Assembly: GCA_022813865.1 (NCBI GenBank)
Contig: JALDZX010000015.1
Location: 186,001-250,000, forward strand
Source of the DNA: Xylographa opegraphella
Taxonomy: Eukaryota
Reading direction: 5' to 3'
Length of the DNA: 64,000 bases
Positions within the stretch are counted from its first letter, which is position 1; each line of letters begins with the position of its first letter. A program made the translations under genes and the position numbers. The notes under the pieces are model-generated. The model was given only the letters and a program-made list of their open reading frames with translations, was not told the origin of the DNA and did not search any database. Of this stretch, positions 26,145 to 40,131 are shown piece after piece.

Positions 26145-27384
26145 ATGCGCTCTTCAGCGGTAACAGCCACCATGCAGCCGGAAACTGCCATCCCGTTCAA
26201 AGCAACAGCAGTCTCCGAGCACGACAAGTTCTTCTGGGCCTACACCGAAGAGCCTCACCGCAGCCGACGACAAGCCATCATCAAGGCCCATCCAGAGGTC
26301 AGCGTTCCCTTCGTGTCTCAGCACGCAATGCACTGACACGAGCCAGGTCACGAAGCTATGCGGCCCTGAACCCTTGACCAAGTACTGCGTCCTCGGCGTG
26401 GTAGCTCTGCAATTGGCCTGCGCCATTGCGCTCCGACACACGGCCGTGCTCTCCCTCCCTTTCTTCCTCACCGCCTACATCATCGGCGCGACCGCGAACC
26501 AGAACCTCTTCCTCGCCATCCATGAAATCTCCCACAACCTAGCCTTCCGCTCCCCGACGGCCAACCGCCTCTTTGCCGTCATCGCCAACCTCCCCATCGG
26601 GCTCCCCTATAGCGCCGCTTTCCGCGTGAGACTTCCTCTCCATATGATTTCCACATAATGTACCAGACTGACAACCTCCCAACAGCCGTATCACCTCACG
26701 CACCACAAATCCCTCGGCGTCGACGGCCTCGACACCGACCTCCCCACCGCCCTCGAAGCCCTCTTCCTTGACTCCCTCCTCGGCAAAGCCTTCTTCTGCA
26801 CCTTCCAGATTCTCTTCTACGCCCTGCGGCCCATGCTCGTCTACCAGCTCCCCCTTACCAGCCTCCACCTCTTCAACATCGCCGCCCAGCTACTCTTTGA
26901 CTACCTCCTCGTCACCACCTGTGGCTCGAAGCCCCTCATCTACCTGATCCTCTCCTCCTTCCTCGCCGGCTCCCTGCACCCCTGTGCCGGGCATTTTATC
27001 GCCGAGCACTACGTCTTCAACCGCGAAGCACTGGCTTCAAAGGGGCCTGCGAAGACAGACGTGCCGGTCCCGGAGACGTTCTCCTACTACGGCCCGCTCA
27101 ATCTGCTGACGTATAACGTGGGCCTGCATAACGAGCACCACGATTTCCCGGCCGTGCCGTGGACGCGGCTGCCGGCGCTGCATGAGCTGGCGAAGGAATT
27201 CTACGCGGACTTGCCGTGCCATACGAGCTGGACGTGGGTGATTTGGCAGTTTGTCTGGGATCGGGAGGTGGGGTTGTGGTGCCGGGTCAAGAGGAAGGAG
27301 GGCGGACGAAAGGTAGGGGGGAAGGGATGGAAAGAGGAAGAGCTGGGGGCGAATGAGCGGGGAGGGATTCCAGGCGTCAAGTGA
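26145..27384 (+). CDS. DES1: Sphingolipid delta-4 desaturase (DES1 family), 3 exons
   Basis: FFWAYTEEPHRSRRQAIIKAHPEV.KLCG, His boxes HEISH, HLTHH and HNEHH, HPCAGHFIAEHY. The start could be 26145 or 26172. Confidence 0.94.
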
Positions 27385-27867
27385 TTTCTCGTGTGGATCG
27401 ACGATGTGGCTTCGTTGACACGAGGGAGAAAACTGTTGCCCATGTGATATTTTCAGACGACATCGCGTGTGCAAAAAGTCTAAAGAACTTGTATCGTATA
27501 CTGCAGCATGAACAGTGCACAGGCGGTCCTCATGTAGACATAGTTGTACAGGGCATGTAAGACAGACTGTTAAAGAACGAGATCCAGGACCCTGGGCATG
27601 ATGCTACCGAAGCCGTCAATTCCAATCTTCCAGTTCCAAGCCTCCACAGATACAATTGCCGAGGCACCTATACTACCGCCTTCCGAAAAGTCCTCCCGTT
27701 TCTCTCCTTCGTAACCACTGATCAAGTTGACTGGTTTGATGTTCGGGCATGAGATCAGTCTCTCACTGGGACTAGAGTGTTCGGACGTTTGGAGATTGCC
27801 AGAACCTACCAGCCACGGCGGAGGAATTCATTCCATACCCTTCTGATGCTGCTACTATCGCACCCTC

Positions 27868-29121
27868 TTAGAAGAAGAAGTATGCGAGCAAGAAGCTCAG
27901 CAAGCACAGCGCAGCCACGATCTGAACTGGCACGCCGTCTGCGGGCTGTGTCTGGACGCCCATCCCGGTGGTCCCGGTTGTGATCCTTTCCCTTGAATCT
28001 TGATTCACTGCATCGCTCTTTCTCTGCCGTAGACCACTATCTTCAGCTTGCTTACGGAGTTGTGCTATCGTCGCTTTAGCAGAATCAAGCTGTTGCTGAA
28101 GGGTTTGGCCAGTAGACGCTGCCATGTCTGATAAGCCCAAAGACGATACAGCATTTGAAGCTGCTGTTGAGATACCAGACGATGCCGCGTTAAATACATA
28201 GGCCGGCTTCGAGAGAGACGACGCACTTGTCGAGTCGTTCAGATCACTCGATTGAGAAGCGCTGACCGCTGACGAGATGTCGTGAGTCCGAGGAGTTGCT
28301 GCATCCGGAGGTGGAGATCCGAAAGACGGTGAAGGGGAGTAATTAGGAGGCGCTTCGTCTTGGATGTGCTATGTTTGTTGTTAGTGTAACGTAACGCCCG
28401 TCCAATTGAAGGGCACTACTTACTGTGCCATTGACGTTGTTATGCTGAGGGGTCGAGGAGTCGTGGCTGGGTAGAAAAGTAACCCTAATCTTTCGCTCTT
28501 GAATCGAGGCTTTGGCTGTTTTCTCAATGTGTTGCCACTAACGATATCAGCAGTGCTTTTATGCTTGCCACGGAAGTACTCACAATCGATGCAATGTTTC
28601 CCACGTCTTGTTCGGCGGTAATGCCCACGGATTGGACAAGGAATTTGTCGCGACATCTAGCGTCCATCGGTGGGTCATCCTTCATTGCCTGGAGCAGGAC
28701 TAAAGTGTGTCATCAGTGCTGAACTAACAACTTGTGTACGCATATATGTGACTGTAAATACATACCCTGAATTTCCACTTCTTGACCAGCCTCAATCCGT
28801 CCGGAATTCGGACGCACACAATATCTGAAATACCGGTCAGGAGTGCGCGCGCCAGGGGAGATGATTCTATTCCTACTGTTTCGGAGCGGTAGTTTTGACC
28901 TATTAAGAAGCTGGCATCAGTCTTTAGCCCTCTATTTTGCTTGCCCGACACACATACTTTGAAAGCCACAGGATCGCGATTTGGATTCCGGAGAGTCAAC
29001 ACTCTGGTCACCTCATGGTTGAAAGGGCCTGGTAGTCTTCAGTAACAAGGACAGGAAGAACACCAAAGGTATGAAACTTACGGCGGAAGCCAAGTTCTGG
29101 AGGGTCAAGTTCTACCGACAT
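27868..29121 (-). CDS. SCS2: VAMP-associated protein (VAP/Scs2), MSP domain + C-terminal TM, 7 exons
   Basis: MSVELDPPELGF...VAFKVKTTAPKQYCVRPNSG...RCRDKFLVQS...GVPVQIVAALCLLSFLLAYFFF*. Confidence 0.95.
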
Positions 29122-29611
29122 GACGATGCACAGGACAATTCGCAGAATGGGAACTCGAGTCGTGTGTGAAAGTGCGTAAGAGTTGGGTGAATTCGAAAGT
29201 GGCCTAGATTGAGGATAAACAGTAATGTGATTTAGGTCAACGATGAGTGAGACTTTCTGGTCGTTGCAAGCTGGGGCTGAGATGTTTCCGATGCTCGTGA
29301 GATTGTTCTCATTGAGGCTGGTGTTGTTGCAGGGGAACTTGATCCAAAACTCGCTCCGTGCACTGACGTCTATTTGGTTCGTCCTCGGTCGGCTTCCGCT
29401 CGGGCCCGGCGTAATTTATACCCGACTTACATGGAGCTCTGGCAAAGGACCGCACCTTAGGCAGATAGTCAGGTGGTGCCTTTCAAATTTGGGGTCTTCA
29501 GAATTATCAATCTTTCTATTCCATTCAGATCTAACATAATCCTCTACAATATATCTGATTTCGCTCCAAGAGTCACAGATCTGTCAAAAAGTCTCTCTGA
29601 CCATTCGGCCA

Positions 29612-30678
29612 ATGGCATCTACCGATTATGATGTGCTGGTGGATATGGGATTTGACAAAGAAAGAGCGGCATTAGCTGTGAAGAAGACTGGAGGCTGTAC
29701 GTTGAACTTCAATACACTGGAGTACTTGTGGACTGACCGACCTTACAATTACAGTGCAAGGAGCTCTAGAATGGTTGGAAGAAACGCAAGACAAACCACT
29801 CAAGGAGCTAGTCTCCTCGTCTGCCTCTGCTTTAGATGAAGACGATCCAAACGCTGAGCCACCTGCACTAAAAATCGGAGAAGAGGCCCACAGCCTTGTA
29901 TGCACAGATTGCGGCAAGAAGTTCAGAAGTGAAGCTCAGGCGTCCTTCCATGGCGAAAAATCCGGACATCTAAACTTTGAAGAGTCTACAGAAGAGATAG
30001 CTCCACTCACGGAAGAGGAGAAAAAGGCTAAGCTTACTGAATTACGCGAGAACCTCGCGGCGAAAAGGTCCACGATGTCTGAACAGGATAAGATCAATAA
30101 GAAGAAAAATGAAGTATGATATTTTTCCCTTGAAGAATGTATGAGCCATTCATCGCTGACCTATATCCCAGGAAATCCGTAAGAAATCTACAAAGGAATC
30201 CCAGGATATCAAAGAGGAACTGCAGAAAAAAGAGCAGATCAAGGAGGCTGCAGCAAAGAGGCGAGAAAAAGTAGCGGAGATTGCTGCAAAGGAGAAGATC
30301 AGGGCCAAAATCGCTGCCGACAAGGAGGAGCGCCGTCTAAAGGCCGAGAAAGAGAAAGCTGCTCGAGATGGTCGGGCACCGCCGGTTCCAGCCGCTGCCT
30401 CTCCTGTAGCCACAACGTCAGGCCCAAGCTCATCGAAACCAGCATCGGCATATACGGAAACTCGTCTAAGATTACAGACGACAAATGGCAACGTTCAAAA
30501 ATCATTTCCAGTTGATACCACATTGTTCGAAGTGGCTGCTGCGCTTGGTGCGGAGAGTGGCTTCGAAGCCCAGAGCTTCGTCCAAAACTTCCCGAAGAAA
30601 GTCTTTGATCAGATCGACTTTGGCCAGACACTCAAGGAACTTGGTCTGGTGCCAAGTGCTTCGTTAATTGTACGATAA
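29612..30678 (+). CDS. UBA - C2H2 zinc finger - coiled coil - UBX protein (UBXN1/SAKS1-like), 3 exons
   Basis: LVDMGF...LQGALEWL (UBA); CTDCGKKF...H..KSGH; ETRLRLQ...FPVDTTL...QNFPKKVF...TLKELGLVPSASLIV (UBX). Confidence 0.9.
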
Positions 30679-31084
30679 AGCTATGCGTTAATGACTCGAT
30701 GTGCTCATGAAATGCATCTACGGGATTTGGATTTTAGGGATCTTTATGATGGCCACATAGGTATTTGGGAGGAATTCCTATGCACAAGTATGGCAAATAT
30801 GAAGCATCGAGCTTCATTGATGCCAATAACACGCATCACTTGAGCCTTGACTGGGTTGGTATCGCAACGACTTCTGCTTGGGCCACGGAGTTGCTATGTT
30901 TAACCAAAATGCAAAAAGTCGAGATCCGCGTGTCTCTTGTACGAAGTCGTGATTAGGGACGAAGAACAAGAGGAACTTGAACGATCCCTTTGCTGAAATG
31001 ACTATACACGAACTGTGCTTATACAGTACTGCCAACCTTCCTCCACGGACTATGAGCCTGTCAGCACGAAGAGAGTCGCTCTCC

Positions 31085-31520
31085 TCATCCCCTGTTGTCG
31101 TGACCTCCGATTGACTCCAGCATCTTGAGCTCAAGGGGCTTTGAGAGCAGATGTTCTGCCTCGCATACTTTGAGAAGATTTTGGAAAGCAGGTTGGTCCT
31201 TGTGACTATCGAAAGCTGCTTTGCTGGCATATCTGTAGCTCAAGGGTTAGCGAAAAGTGGATCACTATAGCTATCTAACCATGAGGACCTTTCAATCATC
31301 ACGAACTCCTCGGGTGCTTTCTGGTAGTGTAGATGGTAGCGGAGGACCTCAGGTTCATGCTTGTAGACCTCTTGTGTGATCTTGTGAAGTTCCTCACGCA
31401 GCTGGCGGTCAATGAGCTATCGTGTACGGAGTCACTTTGGAAGTCGACTACACATACTCGGTCCGTTTTGCCAGGGGCAGGGGTCAAGATGGCTACGAGA
31501 TTGACTTGCTGGTCGGACAT
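31085..31520 (-). CDS. Small ABM (antibiotic biosynthesis monooxygenase / dimeric alpha-beta barrel) protein, 3 exons
   Basis: Spliced MSDQQVNLVAILTPAPGKTDR|LREELHKITQEVYKHEPEVLRYHL...FVMIE|RYASKAAFDSHK..P.F...KPLEL...GGHDNRG*. Confidence 0.85.
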
Positions 31521-32635
31521 CTTGATGAGTTGACTTGTTCGATTGTTTCCTTGCGAGAAAATAGGTTTGATCGCGGGGTATCGACTCTATACATCATGGA
31601 TGAGGGGAAGCTCCAGAATTTGTAGCTTTGGCTTGAGCAGTGGAGCAACGTCAAGCCGCTAGCCGTTTTTAGATTATCCGTGCCAAACTTCGTGCAACCA
31701 TAGGTATCTTATCGTGCATAGTCGAAATCGACACCAAACGAACATCGAATGATCTGGATCTGGAGGACTTCGCTTTTTTCCGCACGAGGAGCTTTAGAAG
31801 AAAGCCCCGAACCTGCGCGTTTGACGTCTCGCAGAGTCGAGTACCCCTTGAGCCAAAGGTGATCTTTGCGATGAGCAATGCTTTGAGTCTTATATATTTT
31901 CTGCTCGAAAGGTTTCCTCATCTACTCTTCTATTAGCGTTGCATAATTTCTTCATTTCGTGTTTCAGGGCATCGATGATTTCGCATTTGCTGATCGTAAA
32001 AAGAAAATCGGGTTGTCACTCTTACCTATTATTTTTTATGTCCAGAGCAACTGAGCTTGCTTGTACTTCTGAAAAAGCCAGACAGTCAATTCGCAATGGG
32101 AAGCAGCAATGAAAATCCAGACTGCGTTATATACAACCTCGTTACTGGCTGAGCTAGCCCAAGTGTTCACACAGCAGTAGGACGATTCTTCCAAGAGATG
32201 GTTAATAGGACTAGGCTCTTCCAGATGGCCTACACCGGGCGGCTTCCTCGTCCTACATTTCTCATGAATCTCTAGACACCAGGGGTCTGCTTTTCGCATC
32301 CTCATTGCCAAATGTCAGCTATCAGTATCGATTGAGAATAGAACCTGGAGACCATTTCCTGCTAGCGTTTCAGCCTTTGGTCACAGTCTTGAATTCTCTC
32401 TTTATGCTTGATGGCAAGACCCTCAATTCCTCACTTCTTGTGGTCGAAACCTATATCTGACACAAAATGTCTCCTCATGTGGCTTAGTGCTGGCGGAACG
32501 TTATTCCGCAGAGGTTGAGTCACTTTTTTTCGTCCTCGTCCTGCTGGGTATTTATTCTTCGTATCAAGCACGAATAAAAGTTCTCGTTGGAATCGCGACC
32601 CAAGCCTCATCATTGCCAAAGCCTCATCGCTACTC

Positions 32636-33364
32636 ATGGCAACTACTTCGACCCAGCTGCTCATTGACCGTCCGTTAGGCCCTCTTGTCAGCTCCACCCC
32701 GGCTTCCCATCCACAGAAAGTCACTCTTCGTGGACGCTTCGTCAACCTTATCCCCGTGAGTACCGATCATACTTTAGACCTCTTCGCCGCCACTTGCGGC
32801 CCGGCAAACGATGCCCTCTGGACGTACATGTTCTCCGGCCCATTCCCCACCCTCGATGCCTTCAAAAACCACATTGCCGACATTGCTGTCTCGACCGATC
32901 CTCTGCATTTCACTATCGTTTCCAACGTGACATCAAAACCCGTGGGCCTCATTTCGCTTATGCGCATCGAACCCAACCACCGCGTCTGCGAAGTCGGCAG
33001 CATCCTCTATGGTCCTGCGTTACAGCGTACCCCCGGCGCCACGGAAGCCATTTATCTGCTCGGGCGGTACGTATTCGAGGATTTGGGGTATAGGCGGTGG
33101 GAGTGGAAGTGCAATGCCTTGAATAGTCCGAGCAGACGGGCGGCACAGCGTTTTGGCTTCCAGCCTGAGGGGGTTTTCAGGCAGCATTTGATTGTGAAAG
33201 GTCGCAGTAGGGACACAGCGTGGTTCTCAGTGGTGGATGGTGAATGGGAGGTTGTGGGGAGAGGGATGAAGGAGTGGTTAAGTGAGGACAATTTTGATGG
33301 CGAGGGACGGCAGAGGAAGAGGCTGGAGGAGGTGAGGGATGGGATTGCTGCGCGGCAGAAGTAG
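32636..33364 (+). CDS. GNAT acetyltransferase, RimJ/RimL (Acetyltransf_3) type, intronless
   Basis: LWTYM..GP, EVGSI...LQRT..ATEA.YL..YVFEDLGYRRWEWKCNALN.PSRRAA.RFGF..EGVFRQH.IVKGRSRDTAWFS. Confidence 0.92.
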   Translation: MATTSTQLLIDRPLGPLVSSTPASHPQKVTLRGRFVNLIPVSTDHTLDLFAATCGPANDALWTYMFSGPFPTLDAFKNHIADIAVSTDPLHFTIVSNVTSKPVGLISLMRIEPNHRVCEVGSILYGPALQRTPGATEAIYLLGRYVFEDLGYRRWEWKCNALNSPSRRAAQRFGFQPEGVFRQHLIVKGRSRDTAWFSVVDGEWEVVGRGMKEWLSEDNFDGEGRQRKRLEEVRDGIAARQK

Positions 33365-34628
33365 TAGTGAAGACGTTTGCTTCGAGCTGTTTCCCAAAGT
33401 TTTTGTTCTCATGGGGAGGAGATTGAGGAACTCCGCCGTGGAGAGTTCGGTTAAATTTGGATTTATGGTGAACTGGTACTATAAAATCGATTTATGAGCG
33501 TGCACATTCATAACAGACGATTACAAATCAGATCAGATCGTAGATCCCAGCATTAATCAGCCAGCTGCATACGAAACCATTCTCTTCCCTGTGTGGAGGC
33601 CCAAATCCTTATTTTAAAACCTCAAACCGCAGGAATCTGAAAACTGTCAGAAGCCACGAATAATACGGACTGCCGTGTTTCTATTTATCGGTTACAGCTC
33701 CGAAAATAAAGGGGGTTCTCTCTACGATCTCCGGGTCTCACCACCGGACGCGACCCCGTAGCAACCAGATACCTTAGGCTCAGCGTTCGGAGATAATAAT
33801 CCACACCCGTGGGAATGGTCGTAGCCCTAAGCTACTCAGGCTTCTTTCACCCGAAGTGGACGTGACAATGCCAATCAATACGCCTCAGGGGTCGTTATGG
33901 ACGCTACGAGGCGCGCTTGAGATCATTCGAAGAGGCTGTGGCCAACAGATACACGTATCCTCATTGTTTCATGGTCTGTCGTTTCGATATACGGATTCGG
34001 AATATCGACATCGTTATGTGGAGCTGCACAATCGCGTCCCTTTTTATTGGATATTTCTTTGTTGCTAGGCGTTCACCATGGATAGCCGGTCGCGGATCGT
34101 CTAGCGAAGGTCATTAAGAGCTAGACTACTCAAAGCGCTTTGGCTGCTGGGCTATTGCGCGGACGCGATATTGATTACCCCGTCGTTGTGACTGGAGGAA
34201 AAGGTTCACGTAGCACAAAGGCTTCACGGGATATCTAAGCACGCTCGAATAGGACTAGCTTGATGCAATGGTATGTGAATATGAACCTCGATGAAAGCTG
34301 CACGGGCATTGGCTCGTTATAGGAAAGCTCAGAGGTAGGAATTTGCGGACATTATCAACCCAGTGATGTTTTGTCTGCGTATAAGTTCAATAACGTTATG
34401 GAGGCGGCTTATCGCGCAGGATAGGTTGAAGGAGCGGGGGTTTCGTGAAGCAAGGACGGGATTCGCGATATAAAAAGTTGACCGTCCCCGCCATTTTCTT
34501 CTATACTGTCCAGTCCGTCATATCGCCTTCTCTGTTCGTCTTCGTTGTTTCTTTTTCCCGTACGCTCACCCGCCCTGCTTTCTCACCGTACCATCTCCAA
34601 ATCACAACCCAAGCGCATCTCTCCCATC

Positions 34629-35682
34629 ATGGCCGCCATCCTCAAACTTCTGCACGAGAAATGGTACCCACCCGCAGAACCCAGCTCCTCATTCGCCCAC
34701 AAAACCGTGCTCCTGACGGGCGGCACCGCGGGCCTCGGCCTCGAAGCCGCCGTGAAATATCTCTCCCTCGGCGCCTCGACCCTGATCATCGGAGCGCGCA
34801 ACCCGGCCAAAGCCCAAGCGGCCAAAGCCACCATCGAAGCCCGCTCCTGCCGTCCCGGCGCAGTCCAGATGTGGCCGCTGGACATGAACAGCTTCGCCAG
34901 CGTGCAGGCCTTTGCGGAGCGGGCGAGCCGGGAGCTGGACCGGCTCGACGTCGCGCTGTTGAACGCGGGCCTGTTCATGCGCGAGTACCGGCTGTCGGAG
35001 GATGGGTGGGAGGAGACGCTGCAGGTGAACGCGCTGTCGACGGTGCTGCTCGGGCTTCTGCTGCTGCCGAAGCTGCGCGCCAGCGGGACGGTGACGGAGC
35101 CCGCGCATTTGGCCATCACGTCTAGCTCGCTGCACAAGAAGGCGACGCGCGCGATGGTGGATGTGGAGGGCGGGCTGCTGCAGCATCTGAACGCGCCGGA
35201 CGGCTTCAGTCGTGATAGGCAGTATTGTACCAGCAAGCTGCTGGTCGAGTACGCGGTGCAGACGATGGGGGCGCTGGTCCTGGAGCAGAGCGGTGGGGCG
35301 AAGGTGCTGGTGAATAGTCTGAGCCCGGGGCTGTGTGCGTCCGAGCTGGCGAGGGGCTTCGACGCGTGGTATCAGGTGCTGTTGAAGAAGATTGGGTATA
35401 TGCTCGTCGCGCGGACGGCGGAGCAGGGTGCTCGGTCGCTGGTCAGTGGGACGGCGCAGGGGCTGGAGGGGCAGGGTAAGTCCTGGCGGAATGATGAGTG
35501 GGAGGAAAGGTATGTTGTTTCTTCATCTGGGCGTGGGTCCGATTGCGTGCGAGCTGACGGTGGACGTGTGGTGAAGCACGCCGCTCCGCCTTGACAAGGT
35601 GATTCGGGAGACGGCGTGGACGGAAATGGTGGGTGCGTTGGAGGGTAACGTGCCGCAGGTAAAAGAGATTGCGAAGCTCTGA
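34629..35682 (+). CDS. Short-chain dehydrogenase/reductase (retinol dehydrogenase-like), 2 exons
   Basis: TGGTAGLG, LDVALLNAG, WEETLQVN, YCTSK catalytic motif, NSLSPG. Intron 35510-35576; last exon ends ...EIAKL*. Confidence 0.9.
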
Positions 35683-37797
35683 ATGGGTGGTTCGATTTCT
35701 GGTCATCTTGGGTCGGGACGGTACGTTTACCTCGTCTCTGGATGAGCGCATGTGGAGTTTCTGGGCTCTTCCGTTGAAATATATTCGTTTATGTTGTCTT
35801 CAAATATGGGGAGGCCGTTGCGCTTATTACCGCGGTGGTCTATCCAAATCTCAATGTTATCTTCAATCCTGCCGGGGATTTTGCGTGATAGAGCGGCCTG
35901 CTTGGAGCTGGCGTAGAGCGGCAGATATGTCTTTCCCAATTGGAGCACCCCTGAACCAGTCGAGCCAAGGTCATCTCCAGAACTGACTGGTCCTGGCGAA
36001 TCAGCTCCTCCCCTTGCCGATACTCACACCGAGGGAAGAGTATATCTACTCGAAAACCTCCAACGAGACATCCAATTTTATCATACTTCACAACCGCGAT
36101 TCATCCGTATATTTCCCCCCAAGACCTCCCGTTGAGTCGATCCCAGACCCCGACCGACCAAGCCACCCAAAGACTCCTCAGCTTATACTGTCCACGCCAA
36201 ACAGACCATGCAACCAGCTTCCGCTCCGGGAAGTGCCTCCCAGCTCACACACATCCAATGCACGCTTTCACCAAAGGGGGAAAAAAAGAAAACAGAAAAA
36301 AGGCAAATTTGGAAATCAGCTTCCACGCCTCTGACCAAGCCACTCAACAAAGCAAAGCAGAAAGCGAAGCGAGCATCACAACCCCTCCGCTTCCAAGCCC
36401 CTAGAACCCGCACCGCAGGCAATCAGGGCCCTACCTCTCCGCTCCGCTCTCCCGCCGAAAGCCAGCCACTTCCTGGACGAAAAAAAGCCCCTTGGTCTCC
36501 ACTAAAACCCCCACACGTGTAACCCAAAAGCCCTTACAGCCATATTGGGCGTTTGCTGCCCTTCACACACACAAAACTCCAATGACAGGACTCCGGAATG
36601 GAGGCCTGGCAAAAAGGCCTGGCCACCGCGCCTTGGACATAGACACCGCGACCACCATTCCAGACTCTTCATCCCCCCCAACGCATCACCCAGTCTCAAA
36701 TCGGCATCCAAACCCCCCAATCTAGAAGATCTGTGCATGCTCCGCTCCTCGGAAGTAATAAAAATAAAGCGTCGGAATAATAGCCAGGTATTGCAGGTTC
36801 CCGCTATGGCCCGTGAGGGCATGTAGATGGGTGGAGATGGGTAGGTAGGCGGGGAACGGGGGTTGGGGGGGGGGGAGTGTATCCCGCTCCTCCTATGAAA
36901 TGCATAACTATTCCGCATACCGCAAACATTCCCTCATCCGGCTACGAACAGCACGAACCCCACTAACGCCCCCTAGCGTGCTCGGCTAGGGTAGGAAAGT
37001 CCGTCAGCGTCGGGGGATTGGTGCGCCCCGAGAAGGTGGGGGGGGGGGAGGGGGGTGCGAGATTTTGGGTATTGTTATTGTTATCGTTATTATTGTGTAG
37101 ACCGGGAGAAGGGTTTGGGCCAAGGACGGGTGGAAGGTGTGCTTGTTTTGGGTTAGGGTTTTGCTGGATAGGCGGGCGGTGGGTCTTGTGGCTGTGCTTT
37201 GATGGAGCTTGGTGCGGAGTGAGTAGAGTAGGTTTGGCACCGGCGAGGGCGGGCGGTGGTGCATGGCGGTGCTTGTTTGGGTGCTTATGCTGGTGGGAAG
37301 TGTTTTCCCCTCCTTTCCTTTCTCCTTTTTTTTCTTTCGGTGCTGGTGCATCAAGGGGATGAGGGCGCAGTCGCTCGCGGAGGCATTGGCCCATGTTTGT
37401 GGGGAATGAGGACTGCGTGTGGAGGATGGGTGGGGCGAAGGATGTAGGAGGCGGTGGGGGGACGGCTGGAGGATGGATACGTAGAGGAGGGACGAGAGTG
37501 CGATGGTGAGGATGGTGGGTATAGAGCGTGTTCTTGAGAGAAGGGTGGAGGTGGAAGTATAACTATGACATTCAATGGAAAGGGATAGATAGATGTCCGT
37601 ACTGTGGATGGTTATCGTAGCCCATTCAAATCCTCCATGCTTACTATTCACACCGCGGTGCCATCTCGCGCGTCCCCTACCGTACTGTATGGTGACGAGC
37701 GGTATAAGAAGGAGAGGCGGCCTGCGCGCTGCCCCGGATTGACATACAGGCGGAGTCGTCTTGGAACGTCGTCTCTCAGTTTGCGAGAATGGCCATG

Positions 37798-38140
37798 AAC
37801 TCTAGCATGGACCTTCAGATTGCGAGAATAGTGGTATGAACCCACAAGTAAGCACAAACCACACCAAAGCAAGAAACGTAGAACGAGCCAGTACACAAGC
37901 CGTAAAACCAACCCTCTGCACCGCAAACTTGTCTCTTGGAGCACACTGCAACATCAACTCTAGCATCAACCTCCAGATTACGAAAACAGCAGTCCGAACC
38001 CCCAAGTAAGCACAAACCACATCAAAGCAAGAAAACGTGAAACAAGCCAGTCCACAAGCCATGGAACCACCTCTCTCAACCACAACCCAGTCCCTCTAAG
38101 CACACAACAACATCAATATCAACATAGCATACCTCAGCCC
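37798..38140. repeat. Diverged ~158-bp direct tandem duplication (two copies plus a partial third)
   Basis: AACTCTAGCAT at 37798 and 37956; CAAGTAAGCACAAACCACA(C/T)CAAAGCAAGAAA and AGCCAGT(A/C)CACAAGCC occur in both copies. Confidence 0.85.
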
Positions 38141-40131
38141 ACCAGCCAAGCATAAATCAAACACAAAACCCCAGTCGGCGAAACACGTCCACCGAACCCC
38201 CGCACGTCAGCAAAACGCAAGCGGCGATCAACCGTCACCCCGGACCGGGAACGGGAGGATTCAACCACGAACCGCCGGGGCGTGTACGGGGAGGGGGCTG
38301 ACAGCCGGCATTATTGGCAGACGTCAAATCATTTTCTTCAGGGCAGATTTCCGAGAATACCTTACGTAGTGCTTACCCAGGCGGTCTGCGGCGCCGACGA
38401 TCAGGCAGGCCTTTGCTAGGGGGGACGTACCTAAAGCGCCGGGGGCAGTGAGGCGCGTGAGAAGAAAACGTAGAAGCCTGCTTGCCCTTTTTTCCCCGTT
38501 CAGGCCTTGCGGCAAGATCAACAATTCGCTCCTGGCGCGTAACGATAAGAGATTAAACGGCTTGGTGCGATGCGGGTCCGTATTGGGACGCCAACGGCTC
38601 ATGGGTTTTTGTGGTGAACGAGCTCTCATACCGCCCGGTCGGAGGGGGGGGCAATGGGTGATTATTGCCAGGGAAGGGGGGTGATATACTTGGAAGTGGG
38701 GGAGCAGCCGCGCAACGACGGTTCGAGCCATGCAGGAGAATGGTGGAGGTGGATGGTGGCCAATATCCCCGATTTCGGCGTCGTGTGCTCCAGGCATAGT
38801 CTCATGTGTGTGATGGGTACGCAATGCAGCATGGAAGTAGTCGTGATGGAAGCCTAAGGTGAGCGTGAAAGCAAACGGCTTGGCTTTGGGGCGTCATACG
38901 CTCTGGGTGGCCTCAGAGATGCTCCATGCTTGTTGGTTTTGGAGTCCTGAGGACCCGTCCAACCATATGGAGCGGCTCATCGATGCATAGAATGTGAGCA
39001 GAGTCGGCTCCCCCATTCCCTTCGTCGGCCAGCTCGCCCCTCCGCCGAGGGCCGATTTCCACGGGCAGGCTCTCTTCCCGAAGCGCAGGACGAACACGAC
39101 CGCCTACCTTCGTACAGGGTGCGCCCAGGACGGGACAGAAAGCGTTGAGCGATGGACGCGGAGGGTGTGCCAGACCCAGTCATGGGCTTGTCCTCTACTG
39201 AATGGATGTGTGAGGTGGTCCGGCGCTCATGCAGGCGCTGCTGGTTGTGGGTTAAAAAAAAAAAGGTAAGCGCTCATGTCCGGGTTCGGGCCAATCAGAA
39301 GGCAAAGACCGGGGGTACAACTGTGGTGTCTGATTCGCTGTTGACGCCGGCGCTTTCCCGCGCCAGAAATGCCGTGGCATCATATTGCAGATGTACGAGA
39401 GACGAGGCAAGGGCCTCTCTAGTCGCATTCACTCTCTTGTAGTACGAATCTGGTACCGGAGTCGATCGATGACCGGGCCAATGAGCTCGACCTCGTGCCG
39501 TCGAGGTGATCCCCCTCATTTGCGAGACATCCTACCGTGGCATATCTCGTTCACGAATATTTGTCGCGGAGAGGTCAGAGTTATCTACTAGGTAACGAAT
39601 TCACCAACTAGTTCTCGATAATGCACGTCTGATGGGTACCACCCAGCCTGACGGCGATCTGGAGTGCTTTCGTGGCAAGGCGTCGTGGCCTCGTATCCTG
39701 ATTGCGACCGCCACCTATTCCTACCGCCATTGCTGGGCAAACCTGATCGCCACCCACTCCTGGCGCACGACTAGAGGCAATGGAGAGGCAGAGTCCCAGT
39801 CGCAAGCGATCCGTCTGCCAACTCCGAGTGGATGCGATGTGGCGAAGAAGGGGGAGGGGGGCGAGGGGGGGGCCAGAGTCGGAGGAGTCGTCTAGCATCG
39901 CGTCCTCGTCGATAGCGTCGTAGCGTTTCAATTTTAGCCGCCTGAATCGGCCGTCTCCATCCTGGACAAAGCCAGAGTCGCGGGAAAAGCAGGTGGGAAG
40001 GAATGGCGGTCGCTTGGATTCGTGGCCGAAACAGCGACCGCCTAAACCATTTACCGCACCCTCAAGCCATGCACGCATCCCCGTCGCTGCAGTAGTCGCC
40101 GTTTCCGATTGGCAGACGGCGACTGGAACGA

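Noticed and set aside
32636..33364. Intronless, bacterial-looking GNAT as a recent horizontal transfer
   Set aside because: This subfamily is common in fungi, and its composition matches the other GC-rich native genes. A phylogeny would be required.
31085..35682. ABM + GNAT + SDR as a secondary-metabolite cluster
   Set aside because: There is no PKS, NRPS or terpene backbone gene or transporter. MCT1 is the mitochondrial FAS II enzyme.
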